64,000 nucleotides of DNA from an uncultured Nitrospiraceae bacterium (GCA_964586075.1 CAZPGZ010000001.1:149099-213098), one strand, 5' to 3'. Shown: positions 9,734 through 21,333, counted from the first letter of the stretch. Translations and numbers: made by a program. The notes: generated from the letters alone by a model not told the origin.

Positions 9734-11590
9734 TTATTTAATCAGTCCGAGCTTTATTTCTTCGTCGCTTGTAGTAACATTTTCCGTAGCAGACGGGTAC
9801 CGCTCGAGTTCAGGAAGCGGTGCCTCCTGCTCTTTGCTGGTCTTGAATCTGCCGATTGCTTCTGTCAGGCGCGTGGTCAGGTCTGCCAGCTTGCTGATCG
9901 TCGTCACCGTGTCCTGCACGCCCTGGGTGGTTTCCTGTGTCAGTTTCGAAATACTGTCCATCGTATGCACAACGCCTTCTGTTGATTTCACCTGGTCTCC
10001 GGCGGCCCTGGTGATGTCCGTCATGAGACTTGCGGTCTGCTTCACGATTTGTTCGATTTCACGCAGCGCGGCGCCGGCCTGGTCGGCGAGCTTGGTTCCT
10101 TCCTCCACTTCCCGCGTGCCTTCCTCCATGACCGCCACAGCTTCGCTTGTTTCAACCTGAATGCCTTTAATGAGGCCGGTAATATCTTTCGTTGAGCGGG
10201 CAGCCCGTTCAGCCAGTTTTCGCACTTCGTCCGCAACGACGGCAAAGCCCCTGCCCTGCTCACCGGCGCGGGCGGCTTCGATTGCGGCATTCAATGCAAG
10301 CAGGTTCGTCTGTGTAGCGATTTCGCTGATCACCTCGATAATGGCGCCGATTTCGAGCGATCGCTCGCCCAGTCCCTTGATTTTCTTTCCGGTGGATTGC
10401 ACAGTGGCCCGGATACGCTGCATACCTTTGATCGTTTCCGCCACGGCCGTTCCGCCCTTGACCGCCGCCTGGGTCGCCTTCACTGATGTCTGCGTGGCCG
10501 CTTCGGCGTTCTCGGCCATGTGCTGGGTAGTAAGCGACATGGCGTTGACCGCCTCTGCCGCGTTTCTGATCTGGGCAGTCTGCTGTGAAGCGCCGGACCG
10601 CATGCGTTCGGATGACTGCAAAATTTCCGAGGTAGAGCGCTGCACCTCGACCGCCACGGTACTGGCCTGCGTGATCAGCGACGTAAGACCGGTGATCATG
10701 AGGTTGAACGCGTCGGCAACCGATCCGAGTGCGTCGGCGGTAACTTCTGCTTTCGCGGTAAGGTCGCCTTCCGCGGCCGTACTCACGACTGAAAGAAGTC
10801 CGATGACCTGGCTCTGCATCTTATCGCGGTCGGTCTCTGACTGAACAAGGCCCTGCAGGCGTTCGATGGTCTGGTTCAGGGTGATTGCCAGCTGCCCGAG
10901 TTCATCGCCGGTGTCAACGACGGCCTTGTTTGAAAGATCTCCGCGCCCCACGGCTTCCGCCACCCGGATAAGCTCCTTGGTCGGCGCGACAGTGCGTGAC
11001 GACATGTACAGACTGAGAATGGTCAAAACGATCAGCGATACTGCGCCAAGTCCCATGATATTCAGAAGAATGGACCTGATATGATAATTGATTGCCGTCA
11101 TGTTCAGACCTATATGCACCGTGCCGAGGGTTCCTCCGGATATCGGCGTGGCGATATCGATTACGCTGAGCGGGTTTCCTTTTAGAACAATGTCTGCCGG
11201 CTGCGTTCCATACGCGACGCCGGGCATCAGTTTGTTTATCTGCTGGAGATCTGCGGGGACGGCGTTCCCTTCAAAGGAGGACGAGAGCACCCGCCCTCTG
11301 GCGTCACGAATAAAGGAGTAGGCCACTTCCGGCTGCGACGCAGCTTCGTTTCTGAACATCTGAAGCGCGTTGATGTCCTCAACCTGCATCGCCTCCACAA
11401 CCTTTGAACTCAGACCATCGGCCATGATGATGGTTCTATTGATCACATCATCCCGCTGGGAAGCCTGTATCTGGTTGTATATGTAAAAGAGGATGAAACC
11501 ACCAAAAACGACTGAGAGGAAAACAATATGGGCCACTATTTTGGCTCGGATGCTCCACCCATAAAAAGGATTCAGCGTTTTCTTGTTCAT
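9734..11590 (-). CDS. Methyl-accepting chemotaxis protein with two transmembrane helices, a periplasmic sensor, HAMP and an MCP signalling domain
   Basis: 618 aa. It contains the conserved MCP signalling core (...[40 protein letters not shown]...). Confidence 0.9.
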   Translation of the reverse strand: MNKKTLNPFYGWSIRAKIVAHIVFLSVVFGGFILFYIYNQIQASQRDDVINRTIIMADGLSSKVVEAMQVEDINALQMFRNEAASQPEVAYSFIRDARGRVLSSSFEGNAVPADLQQINKLMPGVAYGTQPADIVLKGNPLSVIDIATPISGGTLGTVHIGLNMTAINYHIRSILLNIMGLGAVSLIVLTILSLYMSSRTVAPTKELIRVAEAVGRGDLSNKAVVDTGDELGQLAITLNQTIERLQGLVQSETDRDKMQSQVIGLLSVVSTAAEGDLTAKAEVTADALGSVADAFNLMITGLTSLITQASTVAVEVQRSTSEILQSSERMRSGASQQTAQIRNAAEAVNAMSLTTQHMAENAEAATQTSVKATQAAVKGGTAVAETIKGMQRIRATVQSTGKKIKGLGERSLEIGAIIEVISEIATQTNLLALNAAIEAARAGEQGRGFAVVADEVRKLAERAARSTKDITGLIKGIQVETSEAVAVMEEGTREVEEGTKLADQAGAALREIEQIVKQTASLMTDITRAAGDQVKSTEGVVHTMDSISKLTQETTQGVQDTVTTISKLADLTTRLTEAIGRFKTSKEQEAPLPELERYPSATENVTTSDEEIKLGLIK

Positions 11591-11675
11591 AAAATTACTC
11601 CTTCGTAGCGTTCTGGTTTCGTGAATTCGGTGGCTTTGCGTTAGCCGTGCGATTCGTTGTCGGAATGCTGACGGT

Positions 11676-12170
11676 TCAAGTCAGTTTTATCTCTTCTATA
11701 AGGCGCTCGATATTCAAAACTGCGGCCAAACCGGTCTCTCGCTGTAAAATTCCTCTAAAAAAACGGCTGCGGCTTTTGCTGGCTTTCGCGCCATAATCAG
11801 CCGGAATGGCCAGCACACTGCTTACGGGAACCGAAATAACTTCGGAGACATTATCAACAACAATGCCCAGCGTAATGGTGCCCTGTTTTATAATGGCAAT
11901 CTGGTTCGTGGTCGCGGGATTTTGTGTGAGCGAAAGTGTTTCTCGTATATCAACAATGGGAACAATGTTTCCACGAAGGTTAATAACGCCGAGCACATGA
12001 GGCGGGGTGGTCGGGACAGGAAAAATATTCTGAGGAATGATGATTTCCGTCAGCAATTCGACCGGTATGGCATACGTGTCCTCGCCAATAGTGAAGAGGC
12101 AAACTCGAATTTCCTCTTCCGGTTGTGTACTGTTTACCTCGACGGTGACGTCGCTGTCAGTCTCGGCCAA
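11676..12170 (-). CDS. cheW: Chemotaxis coupling protein CheW
   Basis: 164 aa CheW-like domain. Confidence 0.8.
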   Translation of the reverse strand: MAETDSDVTVEVNSTQPEEEIRVCLFTIGEDTYAIPVELLTEIIIPQNIFPVPTTPPHVLGVINLRGNIVPIVDIRETLSLTQNPATTNQIAIIKQGTITLGIVVDNVSEVISVPVSSVLAIPADYGAKASKSRSRFFRGILQRETGLAAVLNIERLIEEIKLT

Positions 12171-12192
12171 ACGGGCCCCCTTTTTTAGGGAT

Positions 12193-12552
12193 TTAGATAT
12201 ACTTTTTAACTGCCTTCAGCAGATCCTCGGGCTTGAACGGCTTGGTCAAATACTCATCCGCACCCTGCTTCATTCCCCAGAATTTATCGCTTTCCTGGTC
12301 TTTGGAGGTTACCATGATAACAGGTATTTTTTTGTATTGGTCATTGCTCTTGATGTCTCTGCAGACCTGAAAACCATTTTTTTTAGGCATGATGACATCT
12401 AAAATGATCAAGTCGATTTTTTCCGATTTGATCTTCTCCTCTGCCGCTTCTCCATCGAGAACGGTTATGATCGAATGGCCCGTAGGTTGAAGGGTTTGCT
12501 GGAGGATTTGAAGCTCAGCCACGCTATCATCCGCAATGAGTATTTTGGCCAT
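12193..12552 (-). CDS. cheY: Single-domain response regulator (CheY-like)
   Basis: 119 aa receiver only (KILIADDS...DLIILDVIMP...MVTSK). Confidence 0.85.
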   Translation of the reverse strand: MAKILIADDSVAELQILQQTLQPTGHSIITVLDGEAAEEKIKSEKIDLIILDVIMPKKNGFQVCRDIKSNDQYKKIPVIMVTSKDQESDKFWGMKQGADEYLTKPFKPEDLLKAVKKYI

Positions 12553-12683
12553 GCCAGTCTCCTTTTTCTCCTGATTACAGGTTACTAAAAATTAACACAT
12601 TTCTTTGGTTCTGTCAAGTTTTCGTTTTATTCGGCACGTGATCGGTGAAGAAAAACAGGGGATTATCGTGCCGGCAAAAAAGT

Positions 12684-13983
12684 TCAGCGCCGTTTCCTGA
12701 TAAGATTGACCGAAAGCAGGATAAACAGGCTTTTGGCCACATCAAACTCGCTCAAATCAGCCTGGTCAATAATTTTCTGGACGGTTTTCCGCCCGTCGAC
12801 CAGGGAAAAAACTTTCATATCGATATCGCTCATGCCGCGGGTCGTAAGTTCTTCTGCATCGCCGATTATCGGTTCAAACACAATGTTGAAATCCGGCATT
12901 TTTTGCTGGATCAGGCTCCATTCATCCGCCCGCCGGGCGCCTTCCAGAAGCAAATCGTCCACTTTCAGTTGCACGTGGTTGGTAAACACCGGCGGTGCAA
13001 CTTTTTCAAAGAAAAAAGCGCCTTGCTTCCAGGTCATGACCCGGTAGACTGCGGCCTCGGTATAGCGTTTCAGGGCCTCGCAAAAAGCCGCGGCACCAAG
13101 CAGTTTCTCCTGGATAAGAATGCTGTCAAGAGACTGCTGCGTCATTTTTGCAATACGCAAAACATGCTGCAGGCTGTCCTCTTCAAGCCTGCACGCTTTC
13201 CTGAGAAACCCTTCCATGGCGACACTGTCACTGCCGTTGCTGTTGGGTGACGCAAAAACAACCTGTCCGTCTTTAAAGCAAATCGCGACGCTGCTGCCCG
13301 GTTTGTTGACGACTAATTTTCCGGTCTGGCGCTGCAGCCCGAGCATCTGTATCACTTCCACGATCGGCACGCTTGCAAGATTCCCCTGGATGCCGGTGCT
13401 GCCGCCGCCCGGCCGCACCTTCGCCAGCTCCTGCTGTATTTTCTGCGGAAGCGTGTTCTTTACGAAGTCGTCGAGCAGTTGTTCGACGATATTTTTCACC
13501 ATGGATTCAATAACGCCTTGCGCAGCCTGCACACCCGGACCCGGGGCCGGTGCGGGCCGCCCGCCCGGTTCTCTAACCGGAGGCGGGGCCGCAGGCTGCA
13601 CCGCCGGCTTGCTCTTGTCGATTACTTCCCGAATTTTGGCAAGAAGCTCTTCGGGCTGAAACGGCTTGGTAAAATATTCGGTAATGCCGAGAACATCGAC
13701 GAATTTGCTGCCGACCTTGTCGCCCTTGGACGTTACCAGGATAATAGGCGTGTCTTTGAACTCCGGGTCTTCTTTCAGGATCTTGCAAACCTGGAATCCG
13801 TTCATCTTCGGCATGACAAAGTCAACAAGAATCACGGCGGGACGTTCGGACCGGGCTTTCGCAATGCCTTCATCGCCGTCGGACGCCAGAACGACCTGAT
13901 AGCCTTGCGTCGTCAGAATCATCTCGATCAGTCGTTGGACTGTCGGACTATCATCTATGTCAAGTATTTTTTCCCCTGCCATG
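12684..13983 (-). CDS. Response regulator with an N-terminal receiver, a Pro/Ala-rich linker and a C-terminal DUF4388 (PATAN-like) domain
   Basis: REC domain (KILDIDDSPTV...DFVMP). The signature GNLASVPIVEVIQMLGLQRQTGKLVV...ICFKDGQVVFA matches the DUF4388 consensus (GxL..L.DLLQ.L....TG.L). The ATG at 13983 follows a GGGGG RBS. The track start at 14009 adds 9 aa. Confidence 0.75.
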
Positions 13984-14149
13984 TATGCCCCCGAAGTGCA
14001 GCTTCCCAAATTTTAGAATATTAGCATGATAAAAAAGTCATTGTCAACTGCTTATATATGCATTTGGAAGAAGCCCGCTGCGCTTATTCGTTGCGTCACG
14101 GAACGCAGCAGTATGCGGCAGAGAGATCAGGTGAATACAGCCACCGGAA

Positions 14150-15202
14150 CTATTGTTGCCGGGACGCTTCTATAATGCCGCCACCCAGTACGATATCGTC
14201 TGTATAAAAAACCGCTGCCTGGCCGGGGCAGACTCCCGTCGCCGCGTCCTGCAACTCCACCAGGACATCATTCGGTCCTTGGGGTGCTATCACGGCGGGA
14301 ACGGATCGCGAACGATACCGTATTTTAACGGAAACGTTCATGCCGGTGCGGAGGGTGGTAAACGGAATGAAATGCGCGTTTGACACGACCATTCTCCGGG
14401 TTCGCAGTTCCGACAACGTTCCGAGCACCACCCGCCGTGAGGATGGTTCGATTCTGACTACGTACATTCGTTCTCCGGCAGCGTACCCCAGCTTTCTCCG
14501 CTGTCCGACGGTGAAGAAGGCGATGCCCGTATGACGGCCGATGATTTTTCCATCGCTTAAAACCAAATCGCCCGCCTGAAGCGTTTCGGGTGCATGCTTT
14601 TTTAAAAAACCCCGGTAGTCATTTCCCGGCACAAAGCATATTTCCTGGCTTTCCGGACGTTCTGCAGCCGGAAGGCCGAGCTCGTGCGCGATTGAACGCA
14701 CATCCTCTTTCCGCATCCCGCCGAGAGGAAAGAGAATGTTCGGCAGCTGCGCCTGGGAAAGACGATACAAAAAATAGCTTTGGTCCTTCCCGGAATCAAC
14801 ACCTTTCTTAAGCTGAAACAACGGCTCCTGCGGCACCGGTTCTATTTGCGCATAATGCCCCGTAGCGAGAAAGTCGAACGACTGCGATCGCGCATATTCC
14901 AGGAGCAGGTGAAATTTTATCATTTCGTTGCACCGGATGCAGGGGTTCGGTGTGCGGCCCTGCTGATATTCCAAAATAAAATTTCGTATGATACCGTCTG
15001 TAAATTCCGCCTGTGCATCAAGCATGCCGTGGGGAATTCCCAGGTGCTCGCAAACAGCCTGGGCCGAGCCGATATCGCAGCATTGCCCCGGGGTCAATTT
15101 CAGGGTCACGCCTTTGACCTCAAAACCCTGCCTGAGCAGCACTGCGGCGGCAACCGAACTGTCGACGCCGCCGCTCATCGCAATCAGTACGCGTTTGTTC
15201 AT
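14150..15202 (-). CDS. mnmA: tRNA-specific 2-thiouridylase MnmA
   Basis: 350 aa with a PP-loop (SGGVDSSV) and conserved catalytic cysteines. Confidence 0.9.
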   Translation of the reverse strand: MNKRVLIAMSGGVDSSVAAAVLLRQGFEVKGVTLKLTPGQCCDIGSAQAVCEHLGIPHGMLDAQAEFTDGIIRNFILEYQQGRTPNPCIRCNEMIKFHLLLEYARSQSFDFLATGHYAQIEPVPQEPLFQLKKGVDSGKDQSYFLYRLSQAQLPNILFPLGGMRKEDVRSIAHELGLPAAERPESQEICFVPGNDYRGFLKKHAPETLQAGDLVLSDGKIIGRHTGIAFFTVGQRRKLGYAAGERMYVVRIEPSSRRVVLGTLSELRTRRMVVSNAHFIPFTTLRTGMNVSVKIRYRSRSVPAVIAPQGPNDVLVELQDAATGVCPGQAAVFYTDDIVLGGGIIEASRQQ

Positions 15203-15255
15203 AGGAAACCCTTTTTCTCGGTAGTTATACCATGCTCAAAAACATTTTGCACATT

Positions 15256-15300
15256 TTCTTTTCAAAAAAGAAAAGGCATCCCGATGCGCGGGATGCCTTT
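15256..15300 (-). terminator. Rho-independent terminator downstream of the HU gene
   Basis: Hairpin AAGGCATCCCG-atgcg-CGGGATGCCTT (15272..15299), followed on the minus strand by TTTTCTTTTTT. Confidence 0.55.
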
Positions 15301-15333
15301 CTTATAACGCCGTTACTACTAAGGGGGAAAAAA

Positions 15334-15621
15334 TTATTTTTTGCCGAGAATTGCTTCTTTCGCTGCCTTGGCAACACGAAATTTTACGACTTTCTTGGCC
15401 GGGATCTTGATAGCTTCGCCGGTCTGGGGGTTCCTGCCCATGCGGGCCTTGCGCTGCACGAGTACCAGCTTGCCAAGCCCGGGGAGCGTAAATGCATTCT
15501 TGGCTTCCTTGTATGCAAGTGCTGCAATGTCTTCCAGAATCTGTACTGCTACCTTCTTTTTAATGTCAGCCTTTTTCGCGATGTGATCCGCAATCTGCGA
15601 CTTCGTCATGGCCTTTGCCAT
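15334..15621 (-). CDS. hup: HU family nucleoid-associated DNA-binding protein
   Basis: 95 aa with the canonical HU fold sequence (MTKSQIADHIA...GLGKLVLVQRKARMGRNPQTGEAIKIPAKKVVKF). Confidence 0.9.
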   Translation of the reverse strand: MAKAMTKSQIADHIAKKADIKKKVAVQILEDIAALAYKEAKNAFTLPGLGKLVLVQRKARMGRNPQTGEAIKIPAKKVVKFRVAKAAKEAILGKK

Positions 15622-16037
15622 AAATCTACCTCCTTTAGGATAATTAAAATAAAAATTCTGAAAACATCCGCTGTGGACTATGTAATTCGTCGAAAAGTAT
15701 ATACAGGAAAGAGTAAAATAGCAAGTGAAATTTTATTTCTTTTATTTTTTTCAAAATCCTGTTGCTTAAAAAACCTTGAAAATGGCGCCGAAAACATGCC
15801 TTGTTTCGCAACTCTTGCACGCAAAGCCGGTCCTGGTTTTCAGTGTTGACTTGCACGCTCGATTTATGATACTTTATTTCTGCTTGACCAAGGAATGACT
15901 TCTGCATTATATCAGTATGACGGTGCGCTCTCACGAACATAAAATACTATTTTATGTTCTTTTTCATTTGAGCATTTTTTTTCAAACCAGGTATTTAGTA
16001 TGTCCACAATTCTGCTATATTTAGAGTATGGCCACGT

Positions 16038-16316
16038 ATGAAAGTTACGCTTCCTGATCTCGAAAAGATCGCACTCGCGCTGTCCGTCAAAATATCGTAC
16101 GACGATCTTAAAACGTCAAAGGGCGGATCGTGCAGAGTCGTCACCACCAGACGGATTATTATCAACAAGCACCTTCAAAACAGTGAGAAGATCAATCTTT
16201 TAGCGAAGGAACTCGGCAACTTTGACCTTACCGGTTTGGACATTCCGGAAAAAGTCAGAAAGAAAATAGAACACGAATCGGAGCGGCACCAGCCGACGAA
16301 CATCGATGCGCGGTAA
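16038..16316 (+). CDS. Hypothetical small protein (92 aa)
   Basis: An ORF in an otherwise non-coding stretch. It has no recognisable domain and only a weak RBS. Confidence 0.3.
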   Translation: MKVTLPDLEKIALALSVKISYDDLKTSKGGSCRVVTTRRIIINKHLQNSEKINLLAKELGNFDLTGLDIPEKVRKKIEHESERHQPTNIDAR

Positions 16317-16357
16317 TGTTCCGGCAATGAGTATAACCCTTTGGTGAGAGGTGTTCC

Positions 16358-16861
16358 TTGGCACATCCTGTCGGACTTCTGTTCATAGCCGTCCTGCTGC
16401 TCAGCGGGTGCACATCCGTGCTTTCTTCAGCCGTGGTTGACAAGGCGGACAAAAGCATAACCTTCGAAATGCTGCGTTCGGATCCCAATCTCTATACGGG
16501 AAAAATCCTCATCCTGGGCGGCACCATAGAACAGGTTGCCGATGCGAAGCAGGGTTCCTTATTGACCGTCGTGCAGAAACCCCTCGACTACTGGGACAAG
16601 CCTGTCCGTACGACCAGCTCGGGCGGATATTACCTCGTGTTTTCCTACCGTCACCTGGATTCGTTGGCCTATGCTCTCGGACGCGATATCACGGTAGCAG
16701 CCGAAGTGGCTGGCACCCGGCTGAAAGCCCTTGGTGACAATGAATTTGATTATCCTCTCCTCATTTTAAAAGAGTTGAAACTCTGGCAGAAAGACCAAAC
16801 ACGGCCCGGCGCTCAGACGCAGTGGGGCGATCCCCTGTACGATCCGCAGCGGCAACCCTGA
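16358..16861 (+). CDS. Outer-membrane lipoprotein, Slp/YeaY-like
   Basis: Signal peptide with a lipobox (LLLSGC). Size and sequence pattern resemble the Slp family. Confidence 0.5.
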   Translation: MAHPVGLLFIAVLLLSGCTSVLSSAVVDKADKSITFEMLRSDPNLYTGKILILGGTIEQVADAKQGSLLTVVQKPLDYWDKPVRTTSSGGYYLVFSYRHLDSLAYALGRDITVAAEVAGTRLKALGDNEFDYPLLILKELKLWQKDQTRPGAQTQWGDPLYDPQRQP

Positions 16862-16980
16862 CAGCCCGGCCATTGTGAATATGTCCCTAATAGGTTGTAT
16901 TTTTTGAAACGTCGTTCTTCCAGCAGTCACTCACAGGAAAACCTGCCTAACCTTACTACGTCTGCACGGACGAGGGCAGC

Positions 16981-18807
16981 ATGAAAAGAAACTACCTTCT
17001 TTTTTTCTATATTGCGCTGTTCCTGGTGACAATCACGCTGTTTCGCATGTATGCCGAACCATCGGCAACGGACATCCCTTACAGTACGTTTAAAACGCTC
17101 CTCGCGGAAAAGCAGGTCAAAAACCTCGTGCTTACCCGCGATTCCATTAAAGGGGTCCTCCTCCCGCAGAAATCCGGCGAAAAGGAAAAACCGTTTACCG
17201 TTGTCCGCATCGAAGACAGCGACCTGGTAAAATTGCTCGACAGCACCGGCATTTCCTACCGCGGCGAACTCTCGGACAACTTTTTAAAGGATTTTTTCCT
17301 CGCCTGGATTCTTCCTCTTATTATTCTCGTAGTCATCTGGAGTTTTGTTTTTCGGAAAATGAGCGGCGCAGGCGGGGCGGGTGAACGTTTTATGAGCTTC
17401 GGGAAGTCTCACGCAAAGATATACGAGGAGAGCGACATAAAAGTCACGTTCGCCGATGTCGCGGGCGTCGATGAGGCAAAGGACGAACTTGTCGAAATCA
17501 TCGATTTTCTGCAGCATCCGGAAAAGTTCACCCGGCTGGGAGGCCGCATACCGAAAGGCGTGCTGCTGGTGGGGCCGCCGGGCACGGGAAAAACGCTGCT
17601 TTCGAAGGCTGTGGCAGGAGAAGCAAAAGTTCCTTTTTTCTCCATGAGCGGCTCCGAATTCGTCGAGATGTTCGTCGGCGTCGGCGCGTCGCGCGTGCGC
17701 GACCTGTTCCAGCAGGCCGAACAAAAGGCGCCGTGCATCATTTTCATCGATGAACTGGACGCACTCGGACGTGCGCGCGGCGTGGGCATAGCGGGGGCCC
17801 ATGAAGAGCGGGAGCAGACCCTTAACCAGCTCCTGGCGGAGATGGACGGTTTCGATGCGCGAAAAGGCGTGATCATCATGGCGGCGACCAACCGGCCGGA
17901 GATCCTCGATCCCGCGCTGCTGCGACCCGGCCGCTTCGACCGCCACGTGCTGGTTGACCGTCCGAATATCAAGGACCGGGAAGACATTCTCAAAATCCAC
18001 ATACGCGGCGTGAAGCTCTCGAAGGAAGTGGATATTTCCGTCCTTGCGGCCCGGACCCCGGGTTTTGTCGGTGCGGACCTGGCCAACATCGTGAATGAAG
18101 CCGCGCTTCTGGCCGCGCGCAAAAACAAATCGGAAGTGGACATGACGGACTTCGAAGCCGCCATCGACCGCATCGTTGCGGGTCTTGAAAAAAAGCGGCG
18201 CGTCATGAATAAAAAGGAAAAGGAAATAGTGGCATACCACGAATGCGGCCATACGATCGTTGCCGAGCTTCTGCCGACCACCGATCCGGTACACCGGGTT
18301 TCGATCGTGCAACGCGGCATTGCGGCCCTCGGCTATACGCTTCAGTTGCCGACCGAGGACCGGTATTTGATGACAAAATCCGAACTCCAGGACAAACTGT
18401 GCGTCATGCTCGGCGGCCGCGTCGCGGAGGAACTCATGTTCAGGGAAGTTTCGACCGGCGCGCAGAATGACCTGCAGCGGGCGGCTGTTATTGCTCGCAG
18501 CATGGTGACGGAATACGGCATGACCGACGCATTCGGACCGCTTACCTTTGAACGGGAACGCCGTCCGCTCTTTCTGGACCTTGGAATGCCGCAAGGATCG
18601 AGGGAATACAGCGAGGAAACGGCGAGAGAGATCGATCAGGAGGTAAAACGGATTGTAGACGCCGCGTATAAAAAAGTGCAGAAACTGCTGAAGTCCAACC
18701 AGAGCAACCTGAAGACGCTTGCCGCGGCACTGCTCGAAAAGGAAACCATAGAAGGGGAGGAAATCCGGAAGATTCTGCGGCTGCCTGACAAAAAAGAGCC
18801 GCGCTGA
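16981..18807 (+). CDS. ftsH: ATP-dependent zinc metalloprotease FtsH
   Basis: 608 aa. It has an N-terminal TM region, an AAA+ domain ([16 protein letters not shown]) and an M41 peptidase domain with an HEXXH motif (HECGH). Confidence 0.95.
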   Translation: MKRNYLLFFYIALFLVTITLFRMYAEPSATDIPYSTFKTLLAEKQVKNLVLTRDSIKGVLLPQKSGEKEKPFTVVRIEDSDLVKLLDSTGISYRGELSDNFLKDFFLAWILPLIILVVIWSFVFRKMSGAGGAGERFMSFGKSHAKIYEESDIKVTFADVAGVDEAKDELVEIIDFLQHPEKFTRLGGRIPKGVLLVGPPGTGKTLLSKAVAGEAKVPFFSMSGSEFVEMFVGVGASRVRDLFQQAEQKAPCIIFIDELDALGRARGVGIAGAHEEREQTLNQLLAEMDGFDARKGVIIMAATNRPEILDPALLRPGRFDRHVLVDRPNIKDREDILKIHIRGVKLSKEVDISVLAARTPGFVGADLANIVNEAALLAARKNKSEVDMTDFEAAIDRIVAGLEKKRRVMNKKEKEIVAYHECGHTIVAELLPTTDPVHRVSIVQRGIAALGYTLQLPTEDRYLMTKSELQDKLCVMLGGRVAEELMFREVSTGAQNDLQRAAVIARSMVTEYGMTDAFGPLTFERERRPLFLDLGMPQGSREYSEETAREIDQEVKRIVDAAYKKVQKLLKSNQSNLKTLAAALLEKETIEGEEIRKILRLPDKKEPR

Positions 18808-18810
18808 TTC

Positions 18811-19503
18811 CTATTCTTTTTTCTTCGACTTCAGAAATATCACAAACGCGCCGCTGCCGCCCCGGTTCTGCGGCGCGGGAAAAAATTCGGATACCAGCGC
18901 TTTTCCCTGCCCCCGCAGCCACGCGGCAACCGCCCCCTGCAGCACCGGCCCTTCCGGCGAATTGATCCCCTTCCCCGTGATTACCAAGACCGCCTTCTGG
19001 CCCCGGCTGAAAGCATCGCCGATAAAATGTCCAAGCCGGACGATTGCCTCCTCCTTCAAATACCCGTGCAGGTCGAGTTCCTGGCTGATCCGGATTGTTC
19101 CGCGTTTTAATTGGCGCATGCGGTTCGATGATGACCGGAATTCCGTGTCTTCGTTGTCGGTTTTCTGAAATGAATCCCGGAAGGTCGTTCCCATCTTCTG
19201 CATCGCCTGCAGAAAGAGTTTTCCGTCCTCCTCTGCAGCGGCCGCAGGGGTTGACGATGTTTTTTGCCTGGGGGAAGCCGTCACGGTTTTGTGCGATTCG
19301 TGCATCGGCCTGGCGCCTTCCATGGCGCGCAGAAAAAGCGCCTCGTCGTTTGCTCCGTGTTCACCGCTCTTGCCCGTGCTTTTCTTGTGGACAGCCTTTG
19401 TTTTCTCCGGCGCGCCAGTTGTTGGTTTGAATTGCTTGAGCATCCCGAACGGTTTGTTCTTGAAATCACCGGAAAGGGAATCAGGGGTTTTGTTTTTTTT
19501 CAT
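18811..19503 (-). CDS. Smr-domain protein
   Basis: C-terminal Smr domain (LDLHGY...VLVITGKG...LQGAVAAWL) with a basic low-complexity N-terminus. Confidence 0.75.
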   Translation of the reverse strand: MKKNKTPDSLSGDFKNKPFGMLKQFKPTTGAPEKTKAVHKKSTGKSGEHGANDEALFLRAMEGARPMHESHKTVTASPRQKTSSTPAAAAEEDGKLFLQAMQKMGTTFRDSFQKTDNEDTEFRSSSNRMRQLKRGTIRISQELDLHGYLKEEAIVRLGHFIGDAFSRGQKAVLVITGKGINSPEGPVLQGAVAAWLRGQGKALVSEFFPAPQNRGGSGAFVIFLKSKKKE

Positions 19504-19556
19504 GAGAGTATGGAAGTCAGGCCGCTATCGCCTTTGCGCTGGATTTTGTTCGGGTT

Positions 19557-20786
19557 TTAATCAGGATACCGCTCGGTAATGTTGTGGATGGTGTCTATGC
19601 AGGTGAAAAACATTTCAACGACTTCCGGATCGAACTGCGTTCCGCTGTGGGTTTTTACCTCATCAAGAATGCGCGTCTCGTCCCATTCTTCCTTGTAAAC
19701 CCTGTGCGACTTGAGCGCATCGTACACATCGGCCAGCGCGACAAGCCTCGCGAAAAGCGGGATTTCCTCCCCTTTCTTCGGCCTCGGCGATCCGTCATGG
19801 TTTTCATACCCGCAGATAACGGATCCATCACACGGGTTCACGTGCCCCGGATAGCCGGTCCCGTCCCATTTTTCGTGATGGTTCAGGGCGACGACTGCCG
19901 CTGCTTCATCGAACTCTGAATACCGCTCCTGAAAGAGCTTCGCGCCCGCGCACGCGTGCTGCATCATGATTTTGCGCTCTTCATCGCTCAGACGGGCAGG
20001 CTTTTTGAGGATGGTGTCTGAAATTGCGACCTTGCCCACATCGTGCAGCATTGCCGCCATGCGCAGTATGTCGCGGTTTTTTTCGACCTCCGCCAGCGGC
20101 ACCTTCCGCTTCATCGCCCACGCCTCGTAAATGGCCACCGCATAGGCGGCAACGCGGTTTACATGCGCGCCGGTTTCCTTGGGGTCCCGCAGCTCCGCCA
20201 TCTTGATGGTGCGCAGAATCATCGTGCGCGTCATGAGCGCCCGCTCGATGGCGACAGCCGCCATATTGGCAAAATAGAGAAGGGTGAGCTGGTCTTTTTT
20301 CTTGAACGAGACGATCCTTCCTCTTTCGCTTTTCCCGTTGATCAGCTGAAGCACGCCGACGGTAACGCCCTGATTGGTCCTGAGCGGAAACGTCAGCATC
20401 GATTGCGTGCGGTAGCCCGAAATGCCGTCATAGGACTTGTTGAACGTGAACGGAAGCCCGGGTTCCAGTTTGTACACGTCCGCAATATTTAAAACTTCCC
20501 CGGTGTTTGCCACATATCCGGCAATTGACTGGTTGTTGATCGGTATCGAAAACGTGGAATAGATCAGTTTTTTACCCGGCGGGAGCTTCTTCTGCAGCGT
20601 GTCATTCTGGGTATAGCTGAACTTCAGGGAATTATCTTCCTTTATATAAATGGAGCCCGCGTCGGCGTTCACCAGCTGCCGCGCCTCCCGAAGAATGCGC
20701 TCCATAAGGACATCGACATCCTTGATCTCCGTGATTTCAGCGCCTAACTTTATGATTTTCGCGAGTTTTTGCTTTTCATTTTTCAT
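19557..20786 (-). CDS. GAF-domain HD-GYP phosphodiesterase (c-di-GMP)
   Basis: N-terminal GAF domain. The HD domain has H..HD.GK and the motif HHEKWDGTGYP. Confidence 0.85.
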   Translation of the reverse strand: MKNEKQKLAKIIKLGAEITEIKDVDVLMERILREARQLVNADAGSIYIKEDNSLKFSYTQNDTLQKKLPPGKKLIYSTFSIPINNQSIAGYVANTGEVLNIADVYKLEPGLPFTFNKSYDGISGYRTQSMLTFPLRTNQGVTVGVLQLINGKSERGRIVSFKKKDQLTLLYFANMAAVAIERALMTRTMILRTIKMAELRDPKETGAHVNRVAAYAVAIYEAWAMKRKVPLAEVEKNRDILRMAAMLHDVGKVAISDTILKKPARLSDEERKIMMQHACAGAKLFQERYSEFDEAAAVVALNHHEKWDGTGYPGHVNPCDGSVICGYENHDGSPRPKKGEEIPLFARLVALADVYDALKSHRVYKEEWDETRILDEVKTHSGTQFDPEVVEMFFTCIDTIHNITERYPD

Positions 20787-20870
20787 ACGTTATTTTTATG
20801 ATATCGGGAACAGGGTTCTTTGTCAAATTGTAACAGCAAACCACGATGTTCACTCGGTTGTTTTTAGCAA

Positions 20871-20899
20871 TTGACTCGTCCGCTTTTTTTTGGTATAGT
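20871..20899 (+). promoter_or_regulatory. Sigma-70-type promoter for the DksA-family gene
   Basis: TTGACT (20871-76), a 17-bp spacer, then TATAGT (20894-99). The ATG lies about 35 nt downstream and is preceded by an AAAGGGG RBS. Confidence 0.5.
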
Positions 20900-20933
20900 A
20901 GCACTTTGTATTTTACCTGTAAAGGGGTTGCAC

Positions 20934-21302
20934 ATGGTAACGGATGCAAAACTGCAAATAATAAAAAAGAAACTCCTGAAACAGCGGCAGGACCTTCTGG
21001 CTGAAGCAGGCCAGACCCTCAATACGAAAATCAGCACCGAAAAAGAGAGTTTTCCCGATCCAACGGACCAGGCAGTGGCGGAACTCGACAACAATTTCCT
21101 GCTGCGGCTGCGCGGCCGGGAACAGAAGCTGCTCAAAAAAATCGATGAGGCCATAGCGCGCATCGACGACGGAACGTACGGCGTCTGCGAATCCTGCGGC
21201 GGTGAAATCGGCGTCAAGCGGCTCGAAGCGCGTCCCGTGACCACGCTCTGCATTGAATGCAAGACCCGCCAGGAAGAGGAAGAAAAAATCCAGGCAGGGT
21301 AA
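20934..21302 (+). CDS. dksA: DksA/TraR-family C4 zinc-finger protein
   Basis: Coiled-coil region followed by CESCGGEI...CIEC. The ATG at 20934 has a good RBS. The track start at 20871 adds 21 aa. Confidence 0.8.
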   Translation: MVTDAKLQIIKKKLLKQRQDLLAEAGQTLNTKISTEKESFPDPTDQAVAELDNNFLLRLRGREQKLLKKIDEAIARIDDGTYGVCESCGGEIGVKRLEARPVTTLCIECKTRQEEEEKIQAG

Positions 21303-21333
21303 GTAACTGCTGCTTCATCATATCTTTCTAAGC

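Noticed and set aside
15644-15940. 98-aa ORF upstream of the HU gene
   Set aside because: It lies in an AT-rich promoter or intergenic region and has low-complexity sequence. It is more likely regulatory DNA than a gene.
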